This document shows, piece by piece, positions 1 to 14,500 of a DNA stretch of 64,000 bases. The notes under the pieces were generated by a model that worked only from the letters and a program-made list of their open reading frames with translations, was not told the DNA's origin and ran no database searches. Within the stretch, counting starts at the first letter, position 1. Each line of letters starts with the position of its first letter. Source of the stretch: Owenia fusiformis (taxonomy: Eukaryota); assembly GCA_903813345.2 (NCBI GenBank), contig CAIIXF020000001.1, forward strand, positions 13,826,001 through 13,890,000, read 5' to 3'. The translations under genes and the position numbers were made by a program.

Positions 1-1006
1 AACTATGTTCACTACCAAGATTGAAAATACGTGTATTTCATTTTAAAACAAGGCAATTATCATGCAAAATGTCACCACCTGCCATTTGTTACAGACACCA
101 CGTTTGGAAAGCCCTCTTTACATTTTACTTCTTATTTAGTTCATGTCCAATTGTGGTTTGCAAGTGAAAAAATTATAACTGTCAAATTCTATTTTCTCCT
201 CTGTCGGCTTCGTCTGACTTAAATATTTCTTAACATGCAATATAACGATTTGTAAAATACGAATTAATGGCTACATTTCTTTTTTTTAGATTATTGATAT
301 CATATTCACACATAGCCAGACATGATATACGTCATGGATTGTCCCTTCCTAAACCTCGACCTTCGGTTTTTGGTTTAAGGAAGGATCAATCCACTTGTGA
401 TATATTTTACAAACAAAGCATTGTGTTTAGTGCTTAAATCCTTAAGTCGATCCCAGACGAAACGATATATTTCCAGACTATACCTCCCTTAAGACGGATT
501 AGTGTCAATTAACTAATCGGTGGATTAAGTGCGAACAATCCTCATCGACTTTTACAATTTAGATATACCTGACGTTTGCCAATTTATCACGGCACTATTA
601 AAACTAAGCGGAATACCAGAGATGATCTTGAAGGCTCAAAACAGCAAGAACGAGGCAGAACCTTGCAAGATTCATGCGGAAACGCAATTCACGTAACCGC
701 CTGCAGGGAAACACACATTCTTATCACACCAGCAGCAGTTTTCGTAACCATATACAAAATATGATACATGTTTTCTATTTTTGTGTCCAAGAACATAAGT
801 TTATCAACACATATAAGTAAGATAGATAGATATGGAAGATATAGTTAATTAAAAATTGATGTTCTCTATTGCCGCTGAGTATGGTATCCCCATGTGGCTA
901 CTGATTGCCGCCATACTGGCATAAAGAGGGGCAGTGAACGGACCATACTTTATGCCACTAATAGCTGAGCAAAATAGGCAAAGCGAAAATGTTTTATGAT
1001 TTGAAT

Positions 1007-1488
1007 CACTGCTACCCACCTAGTTACACAGACGTATCGTCAGTGTATCATGGCTGAACTACTTCCGGGATTTGAATTTGGTAAGATATTTTTATTTCTC
1101 GATTTACATCTACTTATAAGTCACGATGTGGATTATAATTTGGCTCCAAGTTATGGGAGATAGTCTAGTTTGAGAATGTGTCGATGGTTTTAGGTTTGGT
1201 ACGTTAACGAAGACGCATTTCACATATTTAGTCCCTCGCTTTTGTTACACTGACGATCGGCATTACACTGATATTGGTCGTTCGTCAGTGTAACAAAAGC
1301 GAAAAAACCATCGACACATTCTCAAACTAGACTATCTTCCTTAACTTCGAGCCAAATTATTATCCACAACGTGACTTATAAGTAGGTGTAAATCGGGAAA
1401 TAAAAAAATCTTACCGAAACCTAGTCCCGGAAGTAGTTCCGCCATGATACACTGACGATACGTCTGTGTAACTAGGTGGGTAGCAGTG
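1007..1488. mobile_element. Foldback MITE with ~180-bp TIRs
   Basis: CACTGCTACCCACCTAGTTACACAGACGTATCGTCAGTGTATCATGG at 1007 is inverted at 1442-1488; the inverted match extends to ~1190/1306; internal hairpin at 1237-1301. Confidence 0.8.
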
Positions 1489-4400
1489 TAGAATATTACC
1501 ACTACTGTGAATGAAAATATGTCCTGGTGAGAATCCTTTACCATTAAATCATGGACTTTTGCCAGTTATAAATTGATGACATGGATGACAATTTTTCATA
1601 AAAATCCACATTGAAGAAGATTTTGCATGTATTGTTTACGTCAATTTTATTTGACTAAAACTTTGTACATCCTATTTTTTCATTTGTAGTACTAAAATAG
1701 TTATGACTGAATTATCAAAGTTTTACAAAATATCAAGCATTAATTTTTTGCCCACGACATTCCTTGTCATATCTGTCTTCGAAATAGGTTCACAAGTTCT
1801 GACTTTATTTAATAAATATTCCTTGATTAATAAGATTATTTGACATTAATTCTGAAAAGTGGACGTTGGCCAGATACCGTGACGTCAACCTTTTTCAGAT
1901 ATTAAATTTGGGATAGTAAGTGACACAATTTTGTTGAAAACACCTATATTCGTTAATGCTTCTTATGAGGAAATTAGAAGGGTGCAGAATGTTGGAAACA
2001 ATCTATTCAAAGACCATACCCGAAGTCCTTATTCTATTTTTGACAAGAGAATTGTGATATCTGATCCAATATAAGAGTCATTGTTGATGAGTTAAGATGC
2101 AGAGATGTCCAGTTTCATCACAATTGAAAATGGGACGCCCAGTCAGAACTGTTGAACCTTTTAGATAAAGGGCAGTGATGCCTTTGGATACCCTTTGCAT
2201 TCGTTCGACTTTGCTTCTCAAAAGAGAGCTTCGTTATAACTAAACTCTGCGCACAGGGTAGCCATGGAATGGTGTAAGGAAAAACGTATAATTGTGACAA
2301 TTTTCTGAGCGTACGCTGGACTTATCTCAAACGTTTCTTTTCCATTTAGAGTTATACGTCAACTTTCTAATAGGTAAAACCCAATAAATAACAGAGTTAA
2401 GAAACCATACTATTTATTTTAAAGAAAAATTAAACGTCAGAAAATGGGTAAAAATCTTGGATCCGAGAAAAATAAACTTTTGTGAATTTTAGATCTCTCT
2501 TCATGAACGGGCTAAAAAGGTCTGACTGATCACTTGAAATCATTTTACCCTGTGATGACAGATCCTTGTGTTGGTTCTCCCATCTTTCCATCGGTGTATA
2601 AAAGCCATTTGTGAAGAAGGCATCATCTTTTTTCGAATCTTTACTTTGCTGTGAAAACACAGATTGAAATTCTGCGCTAAGGACTGATGTGAAAAGGTCA
2701 GTCTACCCCAATGAGATCGAACCCGCTACCCCTCGTTTTTACTTAGGTATTATATTCAGGTTTGATTATTGTGATAGTACAAGAAAAATATTAGTTTTTA
2801 TGGTTACGCATCTTCCAGCACATACTACTCATAATTTCATTACGTACAGTTGTTCCTAAATGTTAGCATGTTATATGCAATATTTCATGTTTATTTTCAA
2901 ATGTGACACTAATTAAGTTCGTGTAAAAAATCGAAAGAAATATTACGGCAGGTCGAGGGCAACTAAACGTTTGGAAATCTAGCACAGAAAAACAAACAAA
3001 ATAGACGATCACATGTGCCGTTGGTCAATATCAGAAATATTGCGATTTTGATATTTGTTTTACAGGGAGGAGGGGGCGGTAGACGATGGGGTATAAAGAG
3101 TGTCGGAAACACAGGTCAATACGCTCAAGGAGCGGATGTGAAACGAGAGGAGCCCACATTTCGAGTCTGAAAACAAATTTCCGCAAAAAATATTTTTGGG
3201 CCCCTAAAACCAAATATTTGGACTATTGACAATTTAACGTCCATTTTGTTGATAATTTAAAATTATATCTGAAATAAGGCCCAAATGGCCCAGTAATGCC
3301 CAAAGAGGCCGACAAATTGTTCCCCTCAAAAACATTTTGGGCCAATTTTTCTGAAACCATCCTAGAGGGGGGCAGATCCGCCATTGCGCTCATGAAGTCG
3401 TTCCTCTCTGAAAAATTACATACAGGGAGCCCAAATATAGATAGGATTTGTTTTAAATTATTGTGAATGTGTGAATACTCGCCGTGGAATGTTAATTTTG
3501 AACCAGATAGAGCTAAAAGTGCAAGATTACTGAACCGAGTAAAGTACGAAATGGATAATTTCCGCAGGCGATTTACTAGATCCTGCTATACACGCATGAC
3601 TTATAAATGTACATATAATACGTTATTTTGACTCGTAAACTAACGAAACGTTTCTAAAATAATGATGTATCTTCGAACCATTACGCGGCATGCTCTTCCA
3701 AACAATTAGTCCAACAAAAGATCGAATCTACAACTAATAGCCCCAACCAGGCGCGCATACTTATACCACTGCAAACAAAACCATTTCCCTATTTCAAATT
3801 GTTTTCCAATCGTGGTGGAAATTTTATTTCATGACGATACATATTTACAATGTATATTCATTTGCAAACATCTAGTTGTTTCTTGGAAAGGAGAAGCTAT
3901 GAATCTTTTTCCAGCAGGAAAGATCTGACCTTGTTGTAAGAATGTTGTGTAGGTCACATGTTGCTGTCAATCAAACACCTTTGATTGGAGGTGGGCCTGT
4001 ATCATTCCCTCGATATCAGTAGGCATCTAGAAGGCTAGATTTCAAGATTATGCTCCAAAGAACAATCTTTTGAGAGGCCTTCACTTTCAGAACATTTTCA
4101 AACTGGTATTCGCATGATTTGATTCAAAGTGTTTTGGAGGGCCGCTTTCAGTTTAAATAACAGACCCGTCTCAAACCCCAATCATAATCTGAGTATTCTA
4201 AAGTCCTAATAAATATGTTTTTACTTTAAGGAGCTGAAACATACAAATGATTACCCTGAAAACAATAGACTAGTAGTGATTACTACCCTCTAGGATGGAC
4301 AACTGTATATATCGCTTTGGATGTTGACGAGATCTTAATGGCCCCAAATGTAGATGGCATGCCCTTTAATGAGAATATAAAACAAAATGATGTTTCTGGT

Positions 4401-4699
4401 GCTTATTTAGGCATAAAATTCTTTGACTATTATTCTGATCAGATCGGATAGTTTATAATTTTGATAACTTATTCTGGCTAAATCTAACGATTATTTCTAA
4501 GATTCAAAGAATGTGGACGAAACGTTCTCAAAAATAAGTGGAAACATACCATTAACACAACCTGCCATTTGTTACAGACGCTCAACCGCGGAACACCGTT
4601 CGCAAGAAAGTTGGAGACAACAATGTCACTGCTTGTGGTGGTGACATAAAAAGGGAAGCCAATGACATGCGATATCTCAAATATGTATATCCTCTTAGT

Positions 4700-5150
4700 C
4701 TATTATTATTCAATGCTTTATTGTACTAAAAATCCCTTTCGGGTGAGTGTACAGCAAATAAACATGATAAAATAAAACTAAAACTATACATACAATTACA
4801 ATAACATACAATGCAAATTTTACATGGCATATAATGACAATATAATGTGATTGACTGATCATTAGATATATACCAACAACTACTATTAGCCTACACCTAC
4901 ATGTATATATTTATATTGATAATATAGTTGTTGATCTCTTTTCAATTATTTCATAAAGGTATTTTGCAAAGGTGATACACATGTTACCCTCAGCATTAAA
5001 CATATAATTAGCCTTTTCTTCGGTAGTCAATACAGTTAGATTTGGGCAAATCGAGTTAAACGTATCAAAGTATTCATATCTCATTTTTTCCAATTGTTAT
5101 TATGTAGTACGGATATTCAACAAACAATTAAGAACATGGACAGTGTATAG
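4700..5150 (-). mobile_element. 3' remnant of a LINE
   Basis: Peptide EKMRYEYF...NLTVLTTEEKANYMFN...FAKYLYEIIEKR resembles the ORF2 C-terminal end of the element at 45.7 kb, followed on the minus strand by AATAAA and a short (AAT)n tail near 4700-4722. Confidence 0.55.
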
Positions 5151-5540
5151 GCTTTCTTACCTTTTTCAAGTATTTCGATTTCGTATCTTTAAAACAGAGC
5201 TGTTTCTAAATAATACAAGCAGCTGGACCTAAGGGAAGGTCCTTATGCTATATGGAGTTTTGATGTCCTCTCTTCATATTCCAAATTCCATATGTTGAAA
5301 CAGGTAGTCCAAGGATGATAGCTACCTCCAGACCAACTCCATTTAATTCATATCAGGCGATATTACCCTAGACAGTAGTTCACATGCTTCATTAAGGCCA
5401 AAAATTAAATATAGATATCAGCTAAACTAATGCTGCCTCCAAAGGGAATCATATCAGACTATGAACTCCATAACCCTTGTTATTGAATTTCTTCATGTTC
5501 AAACTTCTATGAAAGACCATCACAGCAAGTTTGGTTGTCA

Positions 5541-5779
5541 TTAAGAGGCTTATAACCTTGTTTATTTTTTTGTGAAGCCACTCAGTCGAATGTTGTCTTC
5601 CCGATTTCAGTCACAATATAGGGTGCACACTTTAGGTAGACTTTGTCATTCCCGGATGCCCAAATGTCTCATGAACACATAGGTACTCGACTGATCTTGA
5701 TTGGACATCATGGTGCAGAAAAATCGTAATTTTATTGAGGGGCTCAACAAAAAATTAACAAGGTTATAGGCCACCTTAA
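5541..5779. mobile_element. Small TTAA-flanked MITE (Kolobok/piggyBac-like)
   Basis: TTAAGAGGCTTATAACCTTGTT ... AACAAGGTTATAGGCCACCTTAA. Confidence 0.55.
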
Positions 5780-5820
5780 GATTTTATCAGTATGGAAACT
5801 GTAGGATTATCTCTTAGTTA

Positions 5821-6628
5821 CCCTACTATCACACCAAACTAGTTCTCACTACGTTCTCGAAAACGGGCTTCAACTGTGTACGGACGGACTGGACGTACTA
5901 AGAACCGTTTGGGATCCATTTAGAAACTTCATCGAACGTACTCGAACGGGTAGGTCCTCTAGAACTTAGACAATGCTCAAAATGTTCTCGTGGTCGTCAC
6001 GTTCTACAATTAGAACGAGTGACAACGTACTAACGACGAGCGGGACGTACTACGAACGGAACCGTCGTACTTCAATCCTACTAGGGACGTTTTAACAACG
6101 AGTTGAACTGTCCGAGGACGTGTTGAGAACGAGGTAGAACTCATTGCAAACGGGTTTAAACTGATTAAGAACGTATTTAACACTGCTTATGAACGAGTTA
6201 GCAAAAATATAGCTATCACACCAAACAAGTTGCCCCTGCGTTCTTCAAAACTGGTTTTAAACTGTGTGCGAACGGAATGAACGTACCTGCAACTTTCTAA
6301 GGTCTATTTACGAACTTCATGAACGTTCTCAGACGGGAATGTGATTTTAGAATTTTGAATCGATTCAAAATTCGATTGCGACCATACCGTTCTGTTATCA
6401 GGTCATGATGACCTTCTAGACTAAGGGACGCGTTCTACGGCGTTGCACACCGACGTGGTGCGACCTGAACGAACTGCGAACGAGATGGACGTATTGAAGA
6501 CTGTTTAAGAACGAAGAAGCTAATTATTTCAGACATATTTCCCGACCACAGCCAGATTGAGCCCGTTTTACGACGTTTTCGTAGGACTGGCAAGAACGGG
6601 TAAGAACGAGTTTGGTGTGATAGGGGGG
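5821..6628. mobile_element. PIF/Harbinger-like MITE
   Basis: TIR CCCTACTATCACACCAAACTAGTTCT / AGAACGAGTTTGGTGTGATAGGGGGG; TTA on both flanks (5818-5820, 6629-6631); internal second copy of the left end at ~6212; GAACG-rich interior. Confidence 0.7.
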
Positions 6629-7722
6629 TTAGAGCGTATACGCTACTCTGTACCAACTTCTAAGTCTCAGGGTGGAAGTAGATGAGGTTGGATCTAAATG
6701 CTAGTAATGATGGTGATGATGCGAGGTATGTTCTATACAATAAATCCTCAGATGTAGCTTAACCATGCATGGAGATTAGATATCTAGAGATTACCTGTCA
6801 GAAAGAACTGAAGTGAGGTCTTATTTATTGGGTCTATTAGCCTATAATGTTAGTTTGATACGGAAAACTAGTTGTAAGTTGTAAATATTCAGTTATTTTT
6901 TTCTTTTAATTGGTAGATAGTATCAGAAACTACCATCTTAAAATGTTATTTTACTGCATTTGTGTAATTTACATTGTGAGACCTATCCCATATGAAAGTC
7001 GGCTCCTCTCCAGTTTATTATAGGAACTAATGTGTCACTAATTTTGAAAAATTTCCAAATTTTGAAAATCAATGACAATTACATAGCCTGCCACTTTTTA
7101 TCGTGTATATCAAGATCAAATCAAAGCCAGGGATAAAATTGATGTTTTAGTTCTACTGGAATAATCAAAAAGATCATTTTAATTTCCTCAGATTTCTGAA
7201 GTATGATTCAGATTGATCTCCCGAGAGCTCGTGTGTGTTAGGATGCTCTGACCCTTATGCGTTAAATATTAGACAAGTTTTTCCTATCACAAACTACTTA
7301 CATATTTCACTAATGCTGACAGTGATCTTGTGATAAGGTCAGATTAAGGAAAGCATTTACGAGAACATCAGGGTGGTTCTGCTTCTGAAAATAGGGCTTA
7401 CTGATTTACTAATATGGGAAATGTTAAGTAGAAGGAAATCAAATATATTTCAATTGAAGATTTCATTTTGATAAATGGGTAGGTTTGGATAGGGACAATT
7501 ATACTGCCTCCAAGGCTCATGCAAACTTGGCCCCCACTGCATTCATACGGGAGCCGAATGCACGAAGATTTCTCAGACTAACATTTCAAAAAGATTCTGT
7601 ATTTGAACATAGTGGTCAATATACCAGGGTGCATTTTCCTTTTCCTTTTTTGGCTGAAAAGATCACGGTCGAGATGAAAACTATCTGGCTCCATATTAAC
7701 CCACCCACACATGAAATAGCAG

Positions 7723-7878
7723 CTAATAGGTGAGAAGAGGCCTTGACTTCATAAAGGGAATTAATCAAAAAACTGTATGATTAAGTATTTACAAAATCAT
7801 TCACACTAATAGGTAAGAGCCCTTACCTTCATAAAAAGAATTAATCAAAAAACTGTATTTACAAAACCATTCACACTT
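7723..7878. repeat. ~80-bp imperfect tandem duplication downstream of the KDM1B stop
   Basis: CTAATAGGT...CTTCATAAA..GAATTAATCAAAAAACTGTAT...TTTACAAAA.CATTCACACT occurs twice. Confidence 0.7.
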
Positions 7879-8075
7879 TCTATCTATTTCAATTTGTGTT
7901 GTATTATATTACATCTGTTAAAAACCATTTGATATATTTACATAACACGTGTATACAATATACATGTACATACAATAATTTCTATAAAGAATATTAAACA
8001 AAGCTATGAAAGATGGATCGCCATTCTGTAAGAGTATTCTATGGATCCAGCCACCACAACACTGAATACATTAAG

Positions 8076-8332
8076 TAGTAAAACCTGTCTAATCTGAACA
8101 CCACTGGGACTGGTTAAGTGTTTGAAATAGCATGTTTTCTTTCAAGTTTTTCTTAAAATGAGAGTCTTTGGCTTTGGGAGATAAAAATTGGGACCAAAAG
8201 TGTTCACATTGGCAGGTGTTTACATTTCAAGTTTTTCTTAATATGCGAGTCTATAGGAGATAACAAATTGGGACCAAAAAAGTGTTATTTGGAGGTTCCA
8301 AGAGGTATTCAGATATACAGGTTTCACTGTAA
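8076..8332. mobile_element. Tc1/pogo(Tigger)-like MITE family (other copies ~11180-11365 and ~39520-39732)
   Basis: (C/T)AGTAAAACCTGTCT ... ACAGGTTTCACTG-TA termini with TA flanks; internal short duplications. Confidence 0.6.
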
Positions 8333-8590
8333 TAGTATTCATCATATCATTTTCTAGTAGAGTCAATATAAACCAGGAGTGTATGAAGACTGATGTGGTG
8401 CAACATTATGAAATATCAATACTAAAATGTCGATGTATGCCCAACCAGTTATTTCATTCTGAAGAGATGGTAGATCATTGTAGTTTTCATGCGATTCAGT
8501 CTAAAATATTATTAAACATTCTCCTGGTATCTCCACAATCTCAATTATGGGATTTGTAAAGCTTAGAATCATGCATATTAATGTTAATAT

Positions 8591-11500
8591 TCAAGTTGTA
8601 TCCATACTTTCTTCTTCATCACCACACTCAGTGTCCTTTGTTCTTTCTGTTGCTGATGTATTCGGATCATCTGCAGTCTTTAATTTTGGTTCACATACAT
8701 TTGGTTCCTTTATACTGTCATCCATTTGGTTGTCATCATCACAATTTCTCTCAGCATTTTCCTCCATGCTGTCAATTTTAGATTTGATAAGACCATCTTC
8801 TCGAGTGACAGTTTCGTCCATTTTGTTTACATTATCTTCTAATTCATTGCTATTTTCATTATCATCAACAGTATTTCCTTCCATTTTGTCACCATTTTGA
8901 GATCCATCATCCTCAACATTTTCTTTGACAATGTTTAATTCAGCTTGATCACTGGCCTTGAGATCATTACCCAATGGTTCATTCTCATCTTTGTGAATGC
9001 CTTCTTTATGTTCATCCTTTCCTGTTGCAGTCTCATTTTGTGATTCAATTTCCTCTTCCTTTGATGAATCTTCAGATGCAGTCTCATTTTCACACTCTTT
9101 ACTCTCTGTACTTTCAGAATGTTCTTCCTTAGCTTCAGTTTCTTTGTCAGAGTTCTCAGTGTGTTCTCCATTAGAAACATTTGAACTATTTAAAGATTCT
9201 TTTTCCTGAGTGTTTCTGCTTTCATGTGCTTCATCCCCATTTGCCAACACTTTGTCAGGCGCTTCGGTTATAATGTCCTTGTAGTCATCTTGGGTTTCAT
9301 CTTCCTTTGTACTTGAAAGGTATTCTCCCACAATATCAAGACCTATAGAGCCTAGCAAAGCTTGAGTATTTGAGGGAGATATATGTTTAACATCAGTCTT
9401 TTCTTCAGTGCTGTCATCTTTTGATGCCTTTGTTTTCCGTTTCTTCACTACAGATTCATTTTTAAGAGTGTCTGATTTCTTTTTCTTTGCCACTTGGCTT
9501 TTGTTTGTTTCAGGTTTTGGACTTTCGGATTTAGTTTTCTTTGATTTTAAAGTTGAAATTGATTCTGCTTTGGGGATATCGGATTTCTCTTTCTTTGATT
9601 TTGGGGTAGCTTCAGGTTTTGGGGTATCAGATTTCTTTTTTCTCTTAGCAGGATTTGATTCATTATTTGGAGTTTCAGTTTTAGGACTTCTGTCCTTTGT
9701 TCTTGATTTTGATTTAGGAGTTTCTTTGATAGCAGGTATTTCTGGTTTTGCTGGTCTTCCTTCTACAAGTGAATCTATGATTTTGTTGGCTTCTCGTATA
9801 CCACTAAGATAGGCCCCAGTCACTGTCTGTGGATGCTGTCTGTTTGTTGCCTGCAAAAATAACATGAAAATGGTTTTGTTACATAATATGTGTGTTGTAC
9901 TTAACATTTTAAATTCATTGAATAAAATAATTTTAAGGGGGTTCAGAACATTTAGAACATTTAATAGATGCTGATCTGATAGGTTCTGATCTGAAGATCA
10001 TTCAAAACAATCCAATACTGTTAGATTATCTAAATTTAACCTCTGGTGTCCAGGTAGCCAAACTCGTCTGGCCCAGTTATCTACTCGCCGATTCTGAAAT
10101 GTCGTACGACGTCAGGAGTAGATAACTGTGCCAGACGGTTTTGGTTAGTGTCCAGGCAGTTAAAGATTAGCATATCTTCAAAATTACATGCTGTTCATTT
10201 GTTAAAGAACATCTGTAAAATTCAAGTAAGAATGTTCTCACCAACTTGAATTTTGACTAAAAACATAGCTCAGCAAAATAACCACTTATGTAATATATTG
10301 TTTACCTCGCCTGCGAAGTACAACTTGTCAGCTACAGATCGAGCAATCTGGTCAAAGACACTCGCATCACAGCCAACTGGCACATAACTATAGGCCATCT
10401 TGGAGTATGGGTCACTGCTCCAGTGGCTCACATAGTACTTTGTTGGCTTGGGAACATCCTACAAATATGGGAACATGTTTAATGCTTGAATTTCAAATAC
10501 AAGAAGCACTAATATTATGATACATGGATGGACAATATCCACAAATGTATAGTTTGCAAATGATACAGACTTCAGTCTACAGTAATGTAGATACAACTAT
10601 TTACGATTAAAATGGCTTATGTTTTCTTTTCAAATGACAATCTTGATTCAATGGACTTCAAAATTGGTATCATTAAGTGGGTTTACTGATTCCTCCATAA
10701 TAAGCAAAAAGTAGGAGCTGAGACCAATTGTGTAAAGTATCAGCATTTCCATTCAAAAGTTGTTGCCAGATGGAGTGATACAGACAGTGTGAATGCCTCC
10801 ATAAGCACACCATGTGAGCCAAAAATGACTGATAGGGAGTCCAGTTATCATCGCAGGCAGTCAATGAAAGCAAAATGAACAACTGACTTGATATCAAACC
10901 ATCTTATAAATGGATCACCTGGGACAATACCTCCTTTGCTACACTAGGGAAGCTTAACATACCTCCTCAGGGAAGAGTTCATTGAGAATCTTCATTGCCA
11001 TGTCAACCACCTGCTTGTCTGACTTCTGCTGCAGATTACTCAGGGCTTCTCCACATATATGAGTACTCAGAATATAGCTAGCACCTTCCTCATTCTAAAT
11101 ATAAAAGATTGATACATGCAACAGTTTCAAATGTGTGGGCCTGCTGGCTGAATATTATATACAAGATATTTCTAATCTATAGTAAAACATATATATCTGA
11201 TCACCTCTATAATCTAAACACCTCTGAATGTCTGAATGTGAACACCTTTTCAGTCACATCATTGCAATCAGGAATTAGCATATTAAAACCTTGAAATGTG
11301 AACACCTGCCAATCCGAACACTTTAGCTAGTCCAAGTGGCAATAGGATTAGACAGGTTTTACTATACACAAAGTACACCGTTTTGACATGTTCTCAGTGT
11401 GTTTCTTCTCTTATTTCAGTCTATGCATTTATTAAATTCTATACTCTAAGTAGTAAAGAAGTTGATTGATATGAATCATTACCTGTGTTGACAAATCAGT

Positions 11501-14500
11501 GAACACTGAGAAGAGTCCCCTGTCTTTCTCTTTGCTTACAACACGTCCAAAGTAGCTGTTCCCATTCAACTTGGATTTCCAGAAACAACGAGGGAACAAC
11601 AAGGTCACCTAGAAACAGAGTCATCAGAAAAATGAGTTTGTATAAATTGAGATCAAATCACTCTTGTTTAAATCCCTATCATTGAAGCATTGTTAATCAT
11701 CACCGTTAAATTATACCTGATCACCTATTATAAGAACAGGATCACTAAATGGTTTGCAATAATGAAGAGATTGCAGATTGCCAAACAGGTGGCTTAAAAA
11801 TATAAAAATATTCCTATTTATCTTCCAAAGGATGAAGTACAATACAATGCAATACAATACAATACAGTGAATTCAATCATATAAATAACAACTAGAAATA
11901 GAGAAAAATATGAAACAGATTCAATTTAGCTTTACCTTTTCTACATGGCCAGTAGCTAAGCTGTTGAAGGCTGCTATCTTTTCTGCATTCAGCTTGGGTG
12001 TGAACTTGATCTGTTCTCCTTGTAATATGGCTAGAGGTACAGTTATAACAACCTAAAACATACAACATATTGTATCGAACAAAGTAAATAAGGCATTAAC
12101 TTGCTAAATGTCACCACCTGCCATTTGTTACAGCAGCTGAACTCAGATCATCTACACCAACCACCTAACAGCAACCACTCCACAAAACAGTTAGAGACAA
12201 TAACAATACGTCAGATGTGGTTTCGACATAAAAAGAACAATTTTTATTTCTGATCCCAAATTGTTTCATCAAAGGGGAGTCATTATTTTCATTATATTGA
12301 AAAGACTGTACAAACATCTTTGCATCTTTTTGATTATATGGTACATGCTTTGAGATGAAGTGCATTTTTGAAATATCTTTGATGTACTTTTGTCTATGTT
12401 TGTTATTTGTACATAGAGAGCATATCACATGGAGGATTTTAATACTCACTTTATCAGCAGTCCACTTCCTCTTGCCACTGTCAGACACTATCACTTGGTC
12501 ACCACTATAATCAACACTATATACCTGAAACAGAATATTCAATTCAGATGACATATTCAAAATTAAAGAATGGTGCAGTTAACAATAATCCAGTTAAACA
12601 TGACAAAATGTTAACATTGTTACCACTTGGTAAGGTATTACAGAGCTACACAAGTGTAACATTTCGTTACAGATGCTGAAAAGCCTGATTGCTTATGCCA
12701 ACTTGTCACGAAAAGTGGCTGAATAAGATGTCACTGCTTTTAGATGGTAACTTAGAAAAACAAAGACAGAGCTTGTTTCAGGGTTCTTCTAGAATTTTTT
12801 TTAATTGTAAATCTTTTTAATTCAAATCTTTTGCTTAAAAAACATGATTAACTTACGATTGTATTATACTCTATATTCAGGTCTTTCGCAAGCTTTTGCA
12901 GAATTTCACCATAACCATTTTTCAATATTGCATGTTTGCCACCAAACTGTGGAAATGCTTCATTTTGATCCCAGTTTGTTGCGGAGATCTTATCCAGAGT
13001 TGCACCACATACATACTCCAGGTTACCAACATGGAAGTCTAACATTTTGAGCTCTTTTTCAGAAAACTGCATGCCTGACTCCTCAATAAACTGATTGTGC
13101 ATCTCTTTGAATTTAGCTGGAAGTAAAAGGATCTATATGCATTCACGTACAACCAGTCGTTAAAAACAAATCCCCAGCATTAGGGTGTAAAAGTAAACTT
13201 GGCATTAACATGCAAATGTGAAGGAAAGTAAACAAAACACAGAGAGAAAAGAAACATTTCAAAGTATATCTGGTACATTTCCCACTATTTAGAAACCATT
13301 ACCACAATCCCAAAACCCCAAGACCATAGGACATTTTATTTTCTGAAGTATAATAACAATAAGATTTATCACTCAATAGGCTTGCAATGTTTTTCACAAC
13401 CTAAACCTGAACGGATAATATTTAAGTGGTGCATTTGTATGGGCGATTGGTCATACATATAGGTTGGCGTTTCGAGTTAATATGCAAGCTTTAACTCCCT
13501 TATATCTAAAGTCTCATAAGCCCAGGTAAGGCTGGCTATTTTAGATAGGTGACACTTAAATAAATGAATGAATAAATAAATATCTTGGAATACTTACCCA
13601 TAAGATTTGTGTCCTTTTTATTCTTATTTTTCTTTCTCCACTCAGCAATGTTATCCAGCATGGCATTAAAGTGGAATTCTATGGTATGGTCTGTATATGA
13701 GTCAACTGTAGCACCACCAGGCTCTATCAACCTACAGTTCTCAGATAGTTCACTCAGAGGCCTGTCTTTCTACAATAGAAATATTTCAACAATTCTTCAT
13801 TACTGTAGACTTTATCTGTGTCCTCCTTCCCCAGTGATCTTCAAATATTTTTTTCTGAGCAAGGGGCTTAATCTTATTTATCCTGGTAAAAATATTTCAG
13901 GGTGCAAACATATTTTCAGCATATTTGCATGTAATTTCCGACTACTCAACATGTACTTTCATTGTAACATCCATCACAACTGTTCTGATTTGATAAATAA
14001 TTCGCTATGGTGTCTATACCTGTTGACAGATGAGAGCAAATGGATTGTTGAGACTTCCACTAAGGACCTGGGCTCCCTCTCCTACAGTTGCTTGACCCAG
14101 GGGTCTGTCCCACACCCTACCCCCAAGCCTATCCCTGGCCTCTAGGACTGTCACTTCCAGGCCAAGAAGCTGGAGAAGCCGAGCTGCTGCTATTCCCGAG
14201 GCACCTGCTCCAATTACAAGCACCTTGGCCTAAAAGTATGTATTTACTAATTTTAAATGGCTCAAAACAAAACAAGGCGTTAACGTGCAAAATGTCACCA
14301 AATGCTATTTGTTACAGATGTCAACTGTCAAACATTAACCACCAAATGCCAAACATTAGCCACCGAACATTGTCCACAAAAAGTTGCAGACTATAGCAAT
14401 ATGTCACCACAAGTGGTGGTGACATAGAAACACCATAGCAACTATGAATGAACTCAGATGCAAACATTCTTTTCTTTGAATACCAGAGCTTGAAAATTAC

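Noticed and set aside
1900-2660. Short minus-strand ORFs (2118-2300, 2430-2660) as exons or a pseudogene
   Set aside because: No recognisable motif or consistent splice chain; cannot be supported without a homology search.
13585-14145. 186-aa plus-strand ORF
   Set aside because: Spans two KDM1B exons and the intervening intron in antisense; no domain signature.
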